This document shows, piece by piece, positions 8,098 to 17,473 of a DNA stretch of 64,000 bases (within the stretch, counting starts at the first letter, position 1; each line of letters opens with the position of its first letter). The notes under the pieces are model-generated. The model did no database searches and was not told where the DNA came from. It was given only the letters and a program-made list of their open reading frames with translations. The stretch is from IMG/VR virus record IMGVR_UViG_3300020034_000008, positions 10,331 to 74,330 of that record; one strand, given 5' to 3'. Position numbers and translations under genes: made by a program. Source of the DNA: a virus.

Positions 8098-9810
8098 GTG
8101 AGTGTAGTTTCAGCTAAACAGTCTGTTCGCGATCAACTTGTGTGCCCTATGAGCACCAAGGAACTTGCGACATTGATTCTGGGTATGGTTGAGCAGGTCA
8201 ATAGTATTGACTTGTACGCCTACCAGCGTGTGCTAGCGTTCAGGATTATAGAATCTCTGCTGTTAAACGATGGCGCTGTTATAACAGCCTTGTTTAGTCG
8301 GCAGGCTGGTAAATCATCTACGTTATCGTCTGTGGCTTTAGCTCTTTGTATATTTTTGCCTGGATTAGCAAACATCTATCCAAATGATGATCGTCTTTCT
8401 ATGTTCAAAGACGGTGTTTGGATTGGTGTATTTGCACCAAAGCTTGAATTGTCTGGTCCTATCTACATTAAGATTAGAAATGTAGCTGAGAGCGACCATG
8501 TACGCGGGATAATGTCTGATCCTGAGCTAAATCTTACTATTGCACAAAGTCGTGGTGACTCTTTAGCGTTTAGTAATGGATCTATAGTTAAAGCTCAAAC
8601 TGCTAGTGAGCAAACTATTAATGAGGGTGGTACATATCACCTTGTATTAATAGATGAAGCTCAACGAGTCAGTAAGTTTAAGATTCAAAAAGAAATTGGT
8701 CCGATGTTAAGTTCCACAAATGGATCATTGATAAAAATCGGTACTGCATGGATGAGTCGTGGTGGCTTTCACAACGATATTCAGCATAATGTTGCTGTAC
8801 AAGAGCGTGGTGGAGCACGTAATCACTACCAGTTTGATTACGAGCAAGTTATTGCTGAAAAGCGTGCTCTGTATAACAGACAGAAACGAGAGTTTGAAGC
8901 TGGTAAGAGAAAAGAAAAGCCAAATATCTTCCATCTTAAGTATGAGAAGTGGTTAATTGGTGAATTACAGCGCCTAGCAGGTAACAAAGACAGCGAAGAA
9001 TTCAAGATGAATTTCCGACTCCTTTGGCAGGAGTCGAGAATGATTGCAATAAAAGAGGTTGTGTTAACGTCTTGTGCTTTGCAAGGTTCAGAAATGAACC
9101 AACCAAAACATGCTGGTTACCAAGTAGCTTCTCTAGACGTCGCAAAAAGTGTGGATTCTACTGTTTTAACAGTGGTGGAAGTAGAGCGTACTTCTGTTAT
9201 AATCGACAAGAATAGTCGTATACCTTCTGGCCAGATACAGCAGCCACAGATTTATCAGCGAAAGTTAATTCTTGGTTGGCTAGAGTTGCAAGGGTCGTTC
9301 GAAGGCATACAGTACAATGGTATACAAGCATTTCTGAAAGACTACTCTGTGCGTTACATGCTTGTAGACGCCACAGGAATAGGTGACCCTGTGTGCGAGC
9401 GACTGCAGGTATTGTTAAGTGGCATAGAAGTTGAGCCATTTAAGTATAACACCTCTAGTAAAAGCGATCTATACAAATACTATTTACAAGAGTTAGAGGC
9501 TCAACGTGTACTTTACCCTGCTGGCGCCCTTACACAACGCTCTAAAGAGTACCAAAAGTTTGTTCAACAACATACAGATTTAGAAAAAGAGTGGCACGGT
9601 AGCTATATGATTTGTCATGCACCTGAAGGTGAGCATGACGATTATCCAGATTCTGCCGCTGTAGCTGTGTGGGCTAGCCGCAAAATTATTGAAGATAATC
9701 CAATGGTTGAGGTAGAAGTTGAGTCGTACAATCGAGAAGATGTCAGTCGGCGTCACCCTGGCGTTCGCGGAAATAGTCGCGAAAGTCGGTACGTGCGCAG
9801 GCGGCATTGA
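8098..9810 (+). CDS. terL: terminase large subunit
   Basis: Walker A SRQAGKS, Walker B LVLIDEAQ, coupling motif IGTA, nuclease LDVAK..D / VDATGIG / HDDYPDS. Confidence 0.95.
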   Translation: MSVVSAKQSVRDQLVCPMSTKELATLILGMVEQVNSIDLYAYQRVLAFRIIESLLLNDGAVITALFSRQAGKSSTLSSVALALCIFLPGLANIYPNDDRLSMFKDGVWIGVFAPKLELSGPIYIKIRNVAESDHVRGIMSDPELNLTIAQSRGDSLAFSNGSIVKAQTASEQTINEGGTYHLVLIDEAQRVSKFKIQKEIGPMLSSTNGSLIKIGTAWMSRGGFHNDIQHNVAVQERGGARNHYQFDYEQVIAEKRALYNRQKREFEAGKRKEKPNIFHLKYEKWLIGELQRLAGNKDSEEFKMNFRLLWQESRMIAIKEVVLTSCALQGSEMNQPKHAGYQVASLDVAKSVDSTVLTVVEVERTSVIIDKNSRIPSGQIQQPQIYQRKLILGWLELQGSFEGIQYNGIQAFLKDYSVRYMLVDATGIGDPVCERLQVLLSGIEVEPFKYNTSSKSDLYKYYLQELEAQRVLYPAGALTQRSKEYQKFVQQHTDLEKEWHGSYMICHAPEGEHDDYPDSAAVAVWASRKIIEDNPMVEVEVESYNREDVSRRHPGVRGNSRESRYVRRRH

Positions 9811-9828
9811 CATCGATTGACGTATCTG

Positions 9829-9858
9829 TTGCGTAAAACGCAAATCCGGTGCTACCTT
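9829..9858 (+). promoter_or_regulatory. putative promoter with overlapping palindrome
   Basis: TTGCGT-18nt-TACCTT with extended -10 TG; TTGCGT-AAA-ACGCAA inverted repeat. Confidence 0.45.
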
Positions 9859-9927
9859 TAGGACAAACGCGCAGTCATGGCGATCGGTTCGCTTTGACGC
9901 CGGAAACTCGTCCTGAGGAGGTTCACC

Positions 9928-10362
9928 GTGGCACGTACCAACATCACCAAACGTCAGATTCGATTCCCGATTAGCTCTGCCAACCGCGATCTGCTTTTCA
10001 ATAAGCTTGCCGAGCATGACGCTGCTCTGGATTCGATGTCCGGTGACGGAACAGCAGCCTCACTTGAGGAAACTGTTGTTGCTGCCGGTCCTCTGAATCC
10101 TAACATTCTGATTACCAATCTGAGTGTTACAGGTACAGTTGCATACACACTGGCTGCTGGCACGAAGATCGGCCAACGCAAACTTATTAGGCAAGTTGTT
10201 GCTGCAACTTCACCTTCTGGTACTATTGCTGGAACATTCAAGAGTGGCGCTACTACAGGTACATCACTCGGTATCTGGGATGCATTGACTGATACTGCTG
10301 AGATTTTCTGGAATGGTACTCAGTGGACTGTCGGAGCTTCTGTTGGTGTTGCTGTCACCTAA
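9928..10362 (+). CDS. putative virion decoration protein
   Basis: GAGGAGG RBS; Ala/Gly/Thr-rich beta domain ending FWNGTQW. Confidence 0.6.
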   Translation: MARTNITKRQIRFPISSANRDLLFNKLAEHDAALDSMSGDGTAASLEETVVAAGPLNPNILITNLSVTGTVAYTLAAGTKIGQRKLIRQVVAATSPSGTIAGTFKSGATTGTSLGIWDALTDTAEIFWNGTQWTVGASVGVAVT

Positions 10363-10375
10363 GTTGTAATTTAGT

Positions 10376-10570
10376 ATGTCTGGTAATGTTTATGCTTTAG
10401 TAGCTGAATTTGAACGTAGTCCTACTAAACAGGGTTGTTCTACGTTTATAAAGGGTTTACTACTGCAGTTAATAGACGCAGGTACAGACCAGGCTAAATT
10501 GAGGGTTTTGATCAAAGATCTTCAATCGGCTGTTTTGGTTGTAGATTTTACATCTGAACCTGCTACATAA
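10376..10570 (+). CDS. hypothetical protein
   Basis: 64 aa ORF. Confidence 0.55.
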   Translation: MSGNVYALVAEFERSPTKQGCSTFIKGLLLQLIDAGTDQAKLRVLIKDLQSAVLVVDFTSEPAT

Positions 10571-10584
10571 CACGAGGTGAAGTA

Positions 10585-10785
10585 ATGGCAACAGGACATA
10601 GGGGTGGTTTTAAAGTAACTGTTCAGACAGTAAATCTGATGGCAGATCCTTTGCCTCAGCCTAGCTTGTCTGAAGGTTTAGCTCTTGGTGTTGGTAAAGC
10701 CCATCGTCAAGACGTTAATGGAGGAGTTGAGTTTCGTAATTTTCGTCGCACTACTCCACTAAAACTTAAGAATATAATTAAATGA
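10585..10785 (+). CDS. small basic hypothetical protein
   Basis: GAGGTG RBS; 66 aa. Confidence 0.65.
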   Translation: MATGHRGGFKVTVQTVNLMADPLPQPSLSEGLALGVGKAHRQDVNGGVEFRNFRRTTPLKLKNIIK

Positions 10786-10958
10786 GTATATTGACTATAC
10801 TCATTATTTTGCTTGTTGTTGCCGCTTGTGGTGGGTTTTGGTCCAATAGTGGTGGCAGAACATACGGATCGTATGGATGGTCGCCCTTAGGCGTTATAGT
10901 TATTATTTTGGTAGTTCTTTTAGTTACAGGTAATCTAGGACATATACGACTTAGATAG
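10782..10958 (+). CDS. small membrane protein, DUF3309-like (not in the ORF track)
   Basis: MSILTILIILLVVAACGGFW...YGSYGWSPLGVIVIILVVLLVTGNL: two TM helices with a Gly/Tyr loop; ATGA overlap. Confidence 0.7.
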   Translation: MSILTILIILLVVAACGGFWSNSGGRTYGSYGWSPLGVIVIILVVLLVTGNLGHIRLR

Positions 10959-10962
10959 TTTT

Positions 10963-11406
10963 ATGGTTATTCGTTACTACGGTCGTGAGATTGACCCTTC
11001 CATTCTGTCTAAAGCAGGGTGGAGGGGTCGTCTTGTTCGTATGTATGCACGCATAGTCGCTTGGTTAGAACGTAAAATTGAGTGGCATGTTATGCATGTA
11101 CTAGCTGCACAAGCTGGTGCAACAAAAGAGAATGTACATAATCTTGAAACAGTCTTTGATGCTGAAACTGGAAATAAACGTAGCACTGTATTGATGGGAA
11201 TGTTGAATACAGACCTTGTAGAGAAGAGATACTCTGCACGTAAGTCTTCAGGAGAAGATCCTAAGACATACAGGCAGAATCGGTCAATGCGAACGCAAGA
11301 TTTTCTGGCTCGCTACGCTGGTGTTGGTAGAGCAGGTGCGTATCGCTACGCGCGAAATCAACGCCTTGCAGCGCCTGATGGTGATGTAGACGAAGGAGAA
11401 ACTTAA
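10963..11406 (+). CDS. hypothetical protein
   Basis: 147 aa ORF. Confidence 0.7.
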   Translation: MVIRYYGREIDPSILSKAGWRGRLVRMYARIVAWLERKIEWHVMHVLAAQAGATKENVHNLETVFDAETGNKRSTVLMGMLNTDLVEKRYSARKSSGEDPKTYRQNRSMRTQDFLARYAGVGRAGAYRYARNQRLAAPDGDVDEGET

Positions 11407-11715
11407 ATGGCTATGAAAGTTGGAGGCCCTGGTTCAAGAGGGGCTAAATTTGAGATAAGTCGTAATGGTAAAGTTCAATACTTTCACCACGGTAATACAA
11501 AGCATCCTAGTGGGCATGGGCTCGCGCATCCTATTATTAAGCCTATTGTTAAGCCAGTAATTCCTAAGTTAATAGTCAAGCAGCTACCTAAAAAGGAAGA
11601 CAAGCCAAAACAAAAGTTAACTAGAGAGGCTAAGCCTAGTCCGCCTAAATCTAGTAAGGCACTTAATCATCATATTGCTACAGGTCACAAAAACCTGCTG
11701 ATTAAACGTGGCTGA
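11407..11715 (+). CDS. Lys/Pro/His-rich basic protein
   Basis: GGAG RBS; N-terminal GGPGSRG; low complexity. Confidence 0.65.
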   Translation: MAMKVGGPGSRGAKFEISRNGKVQYFHHGNTKHPSGHGLAHPIIKPIVKPVIPKLIVKQLPKKEDKPKQKLTREAKPSPPKSSKALNHHIATGHKNLLIKRG

Positions 11716-11887
11716 TAAAACACCTGTAGCTAAAGTTGTGGAACGTAAATTTCCACACCTATCACATGGCGCTTTTCCTTCTACCTCTGACACTGTTAAG
11801 TTACCTGAAACTGCAAAAGATGAACCGGAAGGTAATGTAACACCTCTGTCTTGGTGGAGACGTATGGTCGGGAAGAAGGCAGGCTAG
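11708..11887 (+). CDS. small hypothetical protein (not in the ORF track)
   Basis: 59 aa GTG ORF MADKTPVAK...WWRRMVGKKAG filling the gap before the portal. Confidence 0.55.
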   Translation: MADKTPVAKVVERKFPHLSHGAFPSTSDTVKLPETAKDEPEGNVTPLSWWRRMVGKKAG

Positions 11888-11890
11888 TTT

Positions 11891-13957
11891 ATGTCAATGA
11901 CTTTCGGTGCCTTTACTTCTGCTGGGTCTGGTGGAGGCTCAGCTTTCCAGCGCGTTATAGACCCTAGTCAACTAGGCATGTTTTTAAATCTTGAAGCTGC
12001 AGAGATGCAACGGCTTAAGAGATACACAGAGTATTGGCGCTTCTACCTCGGTCAGCATTGGCAATTCACACGCGAAGATGGAGAGCCTCTTGTCACACTG
12101 AACTATGTTCAGCTTCTTGTAGACAAAGCTACAGCTTGGCTAGTTGGCCAAGATATGACAATTAAGGTACCTGACGCTCTAAAAGATCACACGCTGCCTG
12201 TGTTGCAAGAGGTTTGGGAGTACAATAACCAGGGACAGACTCTGTATGATATTGGAACTGTCGGCGGTGTAACTGGTGATGCGTTTATTCTTGTTACCTA
12301 TGTTGAACCTACTGCGCAGGCGAAGCGTATTAATCCACATACTGAAGGTCGTATACGCATTCAGCTTATAGGTAGCGAACAGGTGTACCCTCAGTGGGAC
12401 CCTATGAATATAGATGTACTAAAAGCGGTACGAATTGAGACAATTTTCTACGACGATCGTAACACAGACATTCAAGATGGTAGTCAACAGCAGGGTCGGC
12501 AACTGCAAGCTCGTCGCTGGACACAGACTATTACAGCCACAGAGATTATAGAGCAGTTTCAAGGCGGTGAAAGGATCTCTAAACCAAATCCACTTGGCGA
12601 AATTAGCCTTGTTCACATTAAGAACAAGAGTGTGCCAGGTGAATATTACGGTTTGAGTGACGTGGTTAACGTTGTCGATCTCAATAGAGAATTGAATGAG
12701 AAGGCGACTGATATATCAGATATAGTTAATTACCATGCTGCCCCTGTAACAATTATACAGGGAGCTAAAGTTAGAAATTTAGACCGATCTGCTCGTAATA
12801 TTTGGTCTGGTTTACCTGCTGACGCTAAAGTATACAACCTAGAATTGCAAGGTGATCTTGCTGCTAGTTTGAACTACTTTGGTACTATAAAGAATTCAAT
12901 GCTTGAAATTGCACAAACACCGGCAGCTACGCTAGGTGAAGCTCAAGCTATATCAAATACATCCGGTACTGCCCTGCACACACAGCATCAGCCTTTGATC
13001 GAGAAAACTAATCGTAAGAAGACTACATATCAACCTGGTATTGAGCAAATCAATTACTATATTCTTCGTATAAAAGAGACTGTAGACCCTTCGTTTATCC
13101 TGAGAACCGATTTGTGCCGCCATTGCGGTGGGCGCATAGTAGAATTTGTTGAGCCATATCAAGGCAAACGTCGAAAATGTTATATGGTCGAACCTCAAAC
13201 GTTCGAATTTATGAATCCGGACGATGTAAAGATTAAGTATGTACGTCAGCATTCGTTCGGACAAAAGGTAGAAGAAGCGACTTTTTCTCAAGTTAAAGCT
13301 GAAGCTGGTGTTCATGCACCTTCGTTTTGGGACCCTACGCCGTCTATGTCTGCTGATGAAAAAGCAGCACAAGACCACGAAGAATTACTGAAACAGGTTC
13401 CACCTGAAGTATCTGTTAACCCTGAAACAGGTGCTGAAAAGCGTATAGAGGGGTTTAAGCCAGAAACACCTATTGCGCAGGTACCTCAAATGCCTATGGA
13501 GGCTATAGAGCTACCTGCCGAACCTGAAAAGGTCACTCTGCGAATTGTGCAGTACGATACAGTTACTGGTAATGAAATTTCTAGTACAGATACTGTTGTA
13601 GACGTTGTGCCAACAGGTTGTGAACGTAGTGAGTATCTGAATCCATACTTTAACACAGTTCTTTTCAATGATACTGTTCCAAAGGATAAGCAGCTTGTTG
13701 CTGATCTTATGGAAAAGTATCAGAAGAATGGCTGGGTTTCTAAACGGTGGATTAGGAAACAGATAACTGAAGTTGAAGATCCAGAAGCTATGGAAAAAGA
13801 GATTGAAGATGAAGCTTCAGATGCTATTGGCCAGGCACAGAGCCAAGTAGATGCCGCCGCAGCAGAAGATGCTTCTAATAAATCTGCTGCGTTACAAGTT
13901 CAAAATGCTGATTTGCCAATTGGTAATCAAGGTCAAACAGGGGGACAGGTAACATGA
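11891..13957 (+). CDS. portal protein (SPP1 gp6-like) with a large insertion
   Basis: FYLGQHW, LNYVQLLVD, NPLGEI..VHI, YGLSD, SNTSGTAL, F..VPKD, GWVSK; between terL and scaffold. Confidence 0.9.
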   Translation: MSMTFGAFTSAGSGGGSAFQRVIDPSQLGMFLNLEAAEMQRLKRYTEYWRFYLGQHWQFTREDGEPLVTLNYVQLLVDKATAWLVGQDMTIKVPDALKDHTLPVLQEVWEYNNQGQTLYDIGTVGGVTGDAFILVTYVEPTAQAKRINPHTEGRIRIQLIGSEQVYPQWDPMNIDVLKAVRIETIFYDDRNTDIQDGSQQQGRQLQARRWTQTITATEIIEQFQGGERISKPNPLGEISLVHIKNKSVPGEYYGLSDVVNVVDLNRELNEKATDISDIVNYHAAPVTIIQGAKVRNLDRSARNIWSGLPADAKVYNLELQGDLAASLNYFGTIKNSMLEIAQTPAATLGEAQAISNTSGTALHTQHQPLIEKTNRKKTTYQPGIEQINYYILRIKETVDPSFILRTDLCRHCGGRIVEFVEPYQGKRRKCYMVEPQTFEFMNPDDVKIKYVRQHSFGQKVEEATFSQVKAEAGVHAPSFWDPTPSMSADEKAAQDHEELLKQVPPEVSVNPETGAEKRIEGFKPETPIAQVPQMPMEAIELPAEPEKVTLRIVQYDTVTGNEISSTDTVVDVVPTGCERSEYLNPYFNTVLFNDTVPKDKQLVADLMEKYQKNGWVSKRWIRKQITEVEDPEAMEKEIEDEASDAIGQAQSQVDAAAAEDASNKSAALQVQNADLPIGNQGQTGGQVT

Positions 13958-14139
13958 ACCCATATAAGATAAGCGCAAAAACAGCTAAAGGTCGCGCAGC
14001 AATGAAAAAGGTTGGTAAAAAGGTTGGCCCCCTTGCTGGCGACATAACTGAAGAACGCGAGTCAGATAAAGCTGATTCGGTTGAAATGAACGAAGCTGAT
14101 GACGTTAAACCGCTGAAGAAATCTACCAAAGAAGAGTAG
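13954..14139 (+). CDS. small charged hypothetical protein
   Basis: 61 aa, overlaps the portal stop. Confidence 0.6.
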   Translation: MNPYKISAKTAKGRAAMKKVGKKVGPLAGDITEERESDKADSVEMNEADDVKPLKKSTKEE

Positions 14140-14141
14140 TT

Positions 14142-14513
14142 ATGAATACTTTCGCACAATCACCACTCTCTCTGTTGTTAACACCAGAGGTATCTCAGGA
14201 TGCTTCTACACTAGCTGTAGTTGGTGGTAGACAATCTAGTAATAGGCTGCCTCTGTACAGAACGTGCGCAGAAGAGTCAGTTGCACCTTTTATTGCACGT
14301 ATTACGAATAAAGTGCAAGCTGATCCACGACGTTATACTGTTCTTCCTGGTGGTGGAATAGTGTATGAGCCTGGCGAAGAAGAGAAGCTAGGACAAGTCG
14401 ATTTGACAAGAATACGAGGTGCAGAGAGCCAAGGTCGTATGTCTTCTGCATATCGTATGTCCAGGTACACTGTGTTTAGTGGTGCATTTAACTGTGGAGG
14501 AGACAATAAATGA
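14142..14513 (+). CDS. hypothetical protein
   Basis: 123 aa ORF. Confidence 0.65.
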   Translation: MNTFAQSPLSLLLTPEVSQDASTLAVVGGRQSSNRLPLYRTCAEESVAPFIARITNKVQADPRRYTVLPGGGIVYEPGEEEKLGQVDLTRIRGAESQGRMSSAYRMSRYTVFSGAFNCGGDNK

Positions 14514-14549
14514 GTATGTTTAAACTGATGCTGTGCAACTGTACAGTAT

Positions 14550-14858
14550 ATGCGCCACAGGTCAACAGAATTAAAGTTGCCTCTTTCGGATAATACGCCG
14601 TATAGTTTAACCATCATGAGAGCCGTACCAGACACTGGCATGGAAGAAGAGTACGACGATCGCGGTTTTGGTGGGATTGTTGGTGCAAATCGCCATGTTC
14701 CACCTTACGACCACTCCAAGGTAGAGACGTGTCCTGATTCGTCTCCTGCTGACTATGGCCCAGCACCTGGTTTGAATCCCGACTACGGGTCTAAAGGTGT
14801 TGATGGTAAGCCAGTGAGCGGACATGTTACGAAAACACGGCTATCTTTAGGTAAGTAA
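14550..14858 (+). CDS. Pro/Gly/Asp-rich hypothetical protein
   Basis: ORF; start uncertain (internal ATG at MRAVPD plausible). Confidence 0.55.
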   Translation: MRHRSTELKLPLSDNTPYSLTIMRAVPDTGMEEEYDDRGFGGIVGANRHVPPYDHSKVETCPDSSPADYGPAPGLNPDYGSKGVDGKPVSGHVTKTRLSLGK

Positions 14859-14891
14859 AGATTCTCTGTAATCTAATAAAGGAGTAAGCAA

Positions 14892-15143
14892 ATGGCGACA
14901 GGACAAGGCAAAGCACGTAGCAACATGGTGAAGGCTACTCGTTCGGGGCGGTTCCCGAATGCGTACGGAACATCTCAGGGAGAAACGTCTGGTGCGGGGT
15001 CTATCTTTGCAGCGGAACTAAACGAGAGACCGAATACCTCGAATCCGCGTAATCAAGGCCCTGTGCGTGGTGGATCCCTTGTTGGTGAATCCACTATTCC
15101 TATTGCTACATTTGAAGATCGACAAGTTGATAAAATTACCTAA
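14892..15143 (+). CDS. hypothetical protein, likely disordered
   Basis: AAGGAG RBS; 83 aa. Confidence 0.7.
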   Translation: MATGQGKARSNMVKATRSGRFPNAYGTSQGETSGAGSIFAAELNERPNTSNPRNQGPVRGGSLVGESTIPIATFEDRQVDKIT

Positions 15144-15186
15144 AAGGTAGGTTGATTTAAAACATTAAACGTTTGTAGGTGAAACT

Positions 15187-16386
15187 ATGCCAAATTTAGC
15201 ACCGACTTTAGCACAGAGCACACCAACGCTTAACGGCGTTGTTGGGCAAGACTTGACACCTGTTGTGGAATCCCCGGCAAGTACACCTTCGACCGAAGCA
15301 CTTGACATCAATAATCCAACAGTTCGTACATTGATTGAAAATGCTAGGTCTGAGGAGAAGACGAAACTGTACGCGACAATCGAATCGTTGAAGGAAGAGA
15401 TCAAAGGTCTTAAGTCAAAGCTGTCTGAAAAGATGAGCCCAGACGAAAAGATGGTACAGATGATCGAAGACCTTCAGCGACAGGTAACAGAGTCAACTGA
15501 ACGATTTAATGCTCTTGTTAGCCAGGCAGACGTTGATAGGCAGAATTATGCTACTGCACTCAAAAATGCCAAACTACAAGGTTATTTAGATCGTAGGTTA
15601 CGCGAGGAAAAAGACAAAGGTACGAAGCTTGTGCTCGAAATGGTTGTTGGGTCTACAGAACAGGAGATCGAACAATCTATCGTAGCGTCTGCGGCTGAAG
15701 AGTCTAGACGGCGAGCAATGTACCTTCAGGAGTTTCAGCAGCAATACGGCACTAATGGCGGGACTGTTGTACCAGTTTCCGTTACCGCTGTTCCTGTTGT
15801 TGTTACACCTACGGTTCAACCAGCGGCGTTTCCTGCGCCGTTGAACGCATCACCAATTCCTAACGCTGATCCAGGATCAGAAGCTTTTGTTGCGCGAGTA
15901 GCAGAGCTTACGTCCCCTGAAGCAGTGCGTAGTGGTGATTATGCGAAGAATCGTACTGAATTGCTGGCCGCTGTACGACAAGGGAGAGTACCTCCTGCCG
16001 GCGTACCGTTTGCCAACATGCCACGCGCGTATGTGCCGCAACAGCAGCATGGACAAGTTACACAGCCAACAGGACACCCTACTGGCCCTGTGATGAATCC
16101 TAATATGCGTACTTCTGCGCCACAGCCTCTTCCTATTGCAACAACACAACCAGTTAGTGCTACAGGTGTTCAGCCTGTGATGGCACCAGCACCTGCTGAA
16201 GGATCTGCAATCGCAGAGATGCGAGCACAGGCTATTCAGCACGCTACTACCGCTCTTGCTAATCCAGCGCACGCTGGGCGCGCAGAAGTCACTAGCGGTA
16301 GGCCAACAGCACATCCTGAATATGGTGGAGTTGCAATGAGAACCCCTGTATTCGACGGTCGTAATCCGATGGAACGCACAACGTAG
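15187..16386 (+). CDS. capsid scaffolding protein
   Basis: Long coiled coil (ARSEEKTKLY...) with Pro/Ala/Gln-rich tail, directly upstream of the major capsid gene. Confidence 0.75.
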   Translation: MPNLAPTLAQSTPTLNGVVGQDLTPVVESPASTPSTEALDINNPTVRTLIENARSEEKTKLYATIESLKEEIKGLKSKLSEKMSPDEKMVQMIEDLQRQVTESTERFNALVSQADVDRQNYATALKNAKLQGYLDRRLREEKDKGTKLVLEMVVGSTEQEIEQSIVASAAEESRRRAMYLQEFQQQYGTNGGTVVPVSVTAVPVVVTPTVQPAAFPAPLNASPIPNADPGSEAFVARVAELTSPEAVRSGDYAKNRTELLAAVRQGRVPPAGVPFANMPRAYVPQQQHGQVTQPTGHPTGPVMNPNMRTSAPQPLPIATTQPVSATGVQPVMAPAPAEGSAIAEMRAQAIQHATTALANPAHAGRAEVTSGRPTAHPEYGGVAMRTPVFDGRNPMERTT

Positions 16387-16457
16387 GAAACAAGTCAAAA
16401 TCTAAACGCATACAACGTTTAGATACATTTAACAAGACAACCGAGGAGTAAGGACCA

Positions 16458-17441
16458 ATGCCCAGCGTACTCAATACAGCCGTCACTACAGGCCCTGGTT
16501 TTAACCAGATGCTTGACGCTACCCGCGACGTGTTCTCTGCCGAAATATGGTTTGCAGCCCTTCCAGTGCTGAAGTTTGACCAGTTCACTACCAAGAAGAC
16601 AGAACTTGGTGTGCAGCCTGGAAAGACGATCTTGATTCCCAAGTACGGGAATATCAAGCGCGGTGGAAAGCTTGTCGAAGGTGTGCGCATGAAAACGCAG
16701 GCTATGAGCCTGACGTCTCAAGCCATTACTGTGGACGAGTATGGTAATGCCATCGGATTTAGCGAGTACCTGTTGCAGGTGTCGTTCTACGACCAGCTTT
16801 CGGCTGCGTCGCTGTTGCTTGGTCGCGATATGGCAGTTGTGCTTGATACCGTTCTGCGTGACGCGATCATGCTGGGCACAAACGTTATTTATGCGGCTGG
16901 TGGTACTTCTCGTGTGACTATTGCTGCTACTGCTGTGTTTGATACTCGCGTGATTAAAGACGCTGTTGAGGTTCTTGAGACCAATAACGTCCCTAAGTGG
17001 GGTGGCGACCATTACATTTGTTTCTTGCACCCACATCAGGCTCGTGGGTTGAGAGACGATAACGACTGGATTAATGCTTCGCTGTACTCTGGGGCTACTC
17101 AGATCTACACAGGAGAGATTGGTCGTTACGAAGATACACGATTCATCAGCACAACTGTTATGCCGAACGGCAAAAACTCTGCTGTTGACGCTATTACTGG
17201 TGACTTCGCTGACATCGGATACTCGGCTGTTCTTGACAACGCTGGTGTTGGTGGCACTGTTGATGTTTATCAGGCTGTGTTTTTTGGCGAGTATGCTCTT
17301 GGTCATGCGACCGCTTTACCTGTTGAGCTTCGTGATAACGGCGTTGAAGACTTCGGCCGTGAACACGGCTTGGCTTGGTATTCTATCTTTGGCCAAGGAA
17401 TCTTAGAGAATAATAACGTCGTGATCGCTGAAACGGCGTAA
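16458..17441 (+). CDS. major capsid protein (N4-gp56 family, HK97 fold)
   Basis: LVEGV, TVDEYGNAI, YICFLHPHQARGLRDD, GEIGRYEDTRFI, DFGREHGLAWY; GAGGAG RBS. Confidence 0.92.
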   Translation: MPSVLNTAVTTGPGFNQMLDATRDVFSAEIWFAALPVLKFDQFTTKKTELGVQPGKTILIPKYGNIKRGGKLVEGVRMKTQAMSLTSQAITVDEYGNAIGFSEYLLQVSFYDQLSAASLLLGRDMAVVLDTVLRDAIMLGTNVIYAAGGTSRVTIAATAVFDTRVIKDAVEVLETNNVPKWGGDHYICFLHPHQARGLRDDNDWINASLYSGATQIYTGEIGRYEDTRFISTTVMPNGKNSAVDAITGDFADIGYSAVLDNAGVGGTVDVYQAVFFGEYALGHATALPVELRDNGVEDFGREHGLAWYSIFGQGILENNNVVIAETA

Positions 17442-17473
17442 TCTCTAACAAAAGATAACAAGGAGAATCAAAC

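Noticed and set aside
9900-9922. Hammerhead ribozyme (GAAAC..GTC..CTGAGGA)
   Set aside because: The core words are adjacent, with no room for stems I and III
13115-13645. Intein in the portal
   Set aside because: No C-terminal HN followed by C/S/T, and no recognisable splicing or LAGLIDADG blocks
14510-14593. 27-aa micro-ORF MSMFKLMLCNC...
   Set aside because: It has an ATGA overlap but is too short and featureless to support
16419-17306. 295-aa minus-strand ORF
   Set aside because: Antisense shadow of the major capsid gene with no protein-like features
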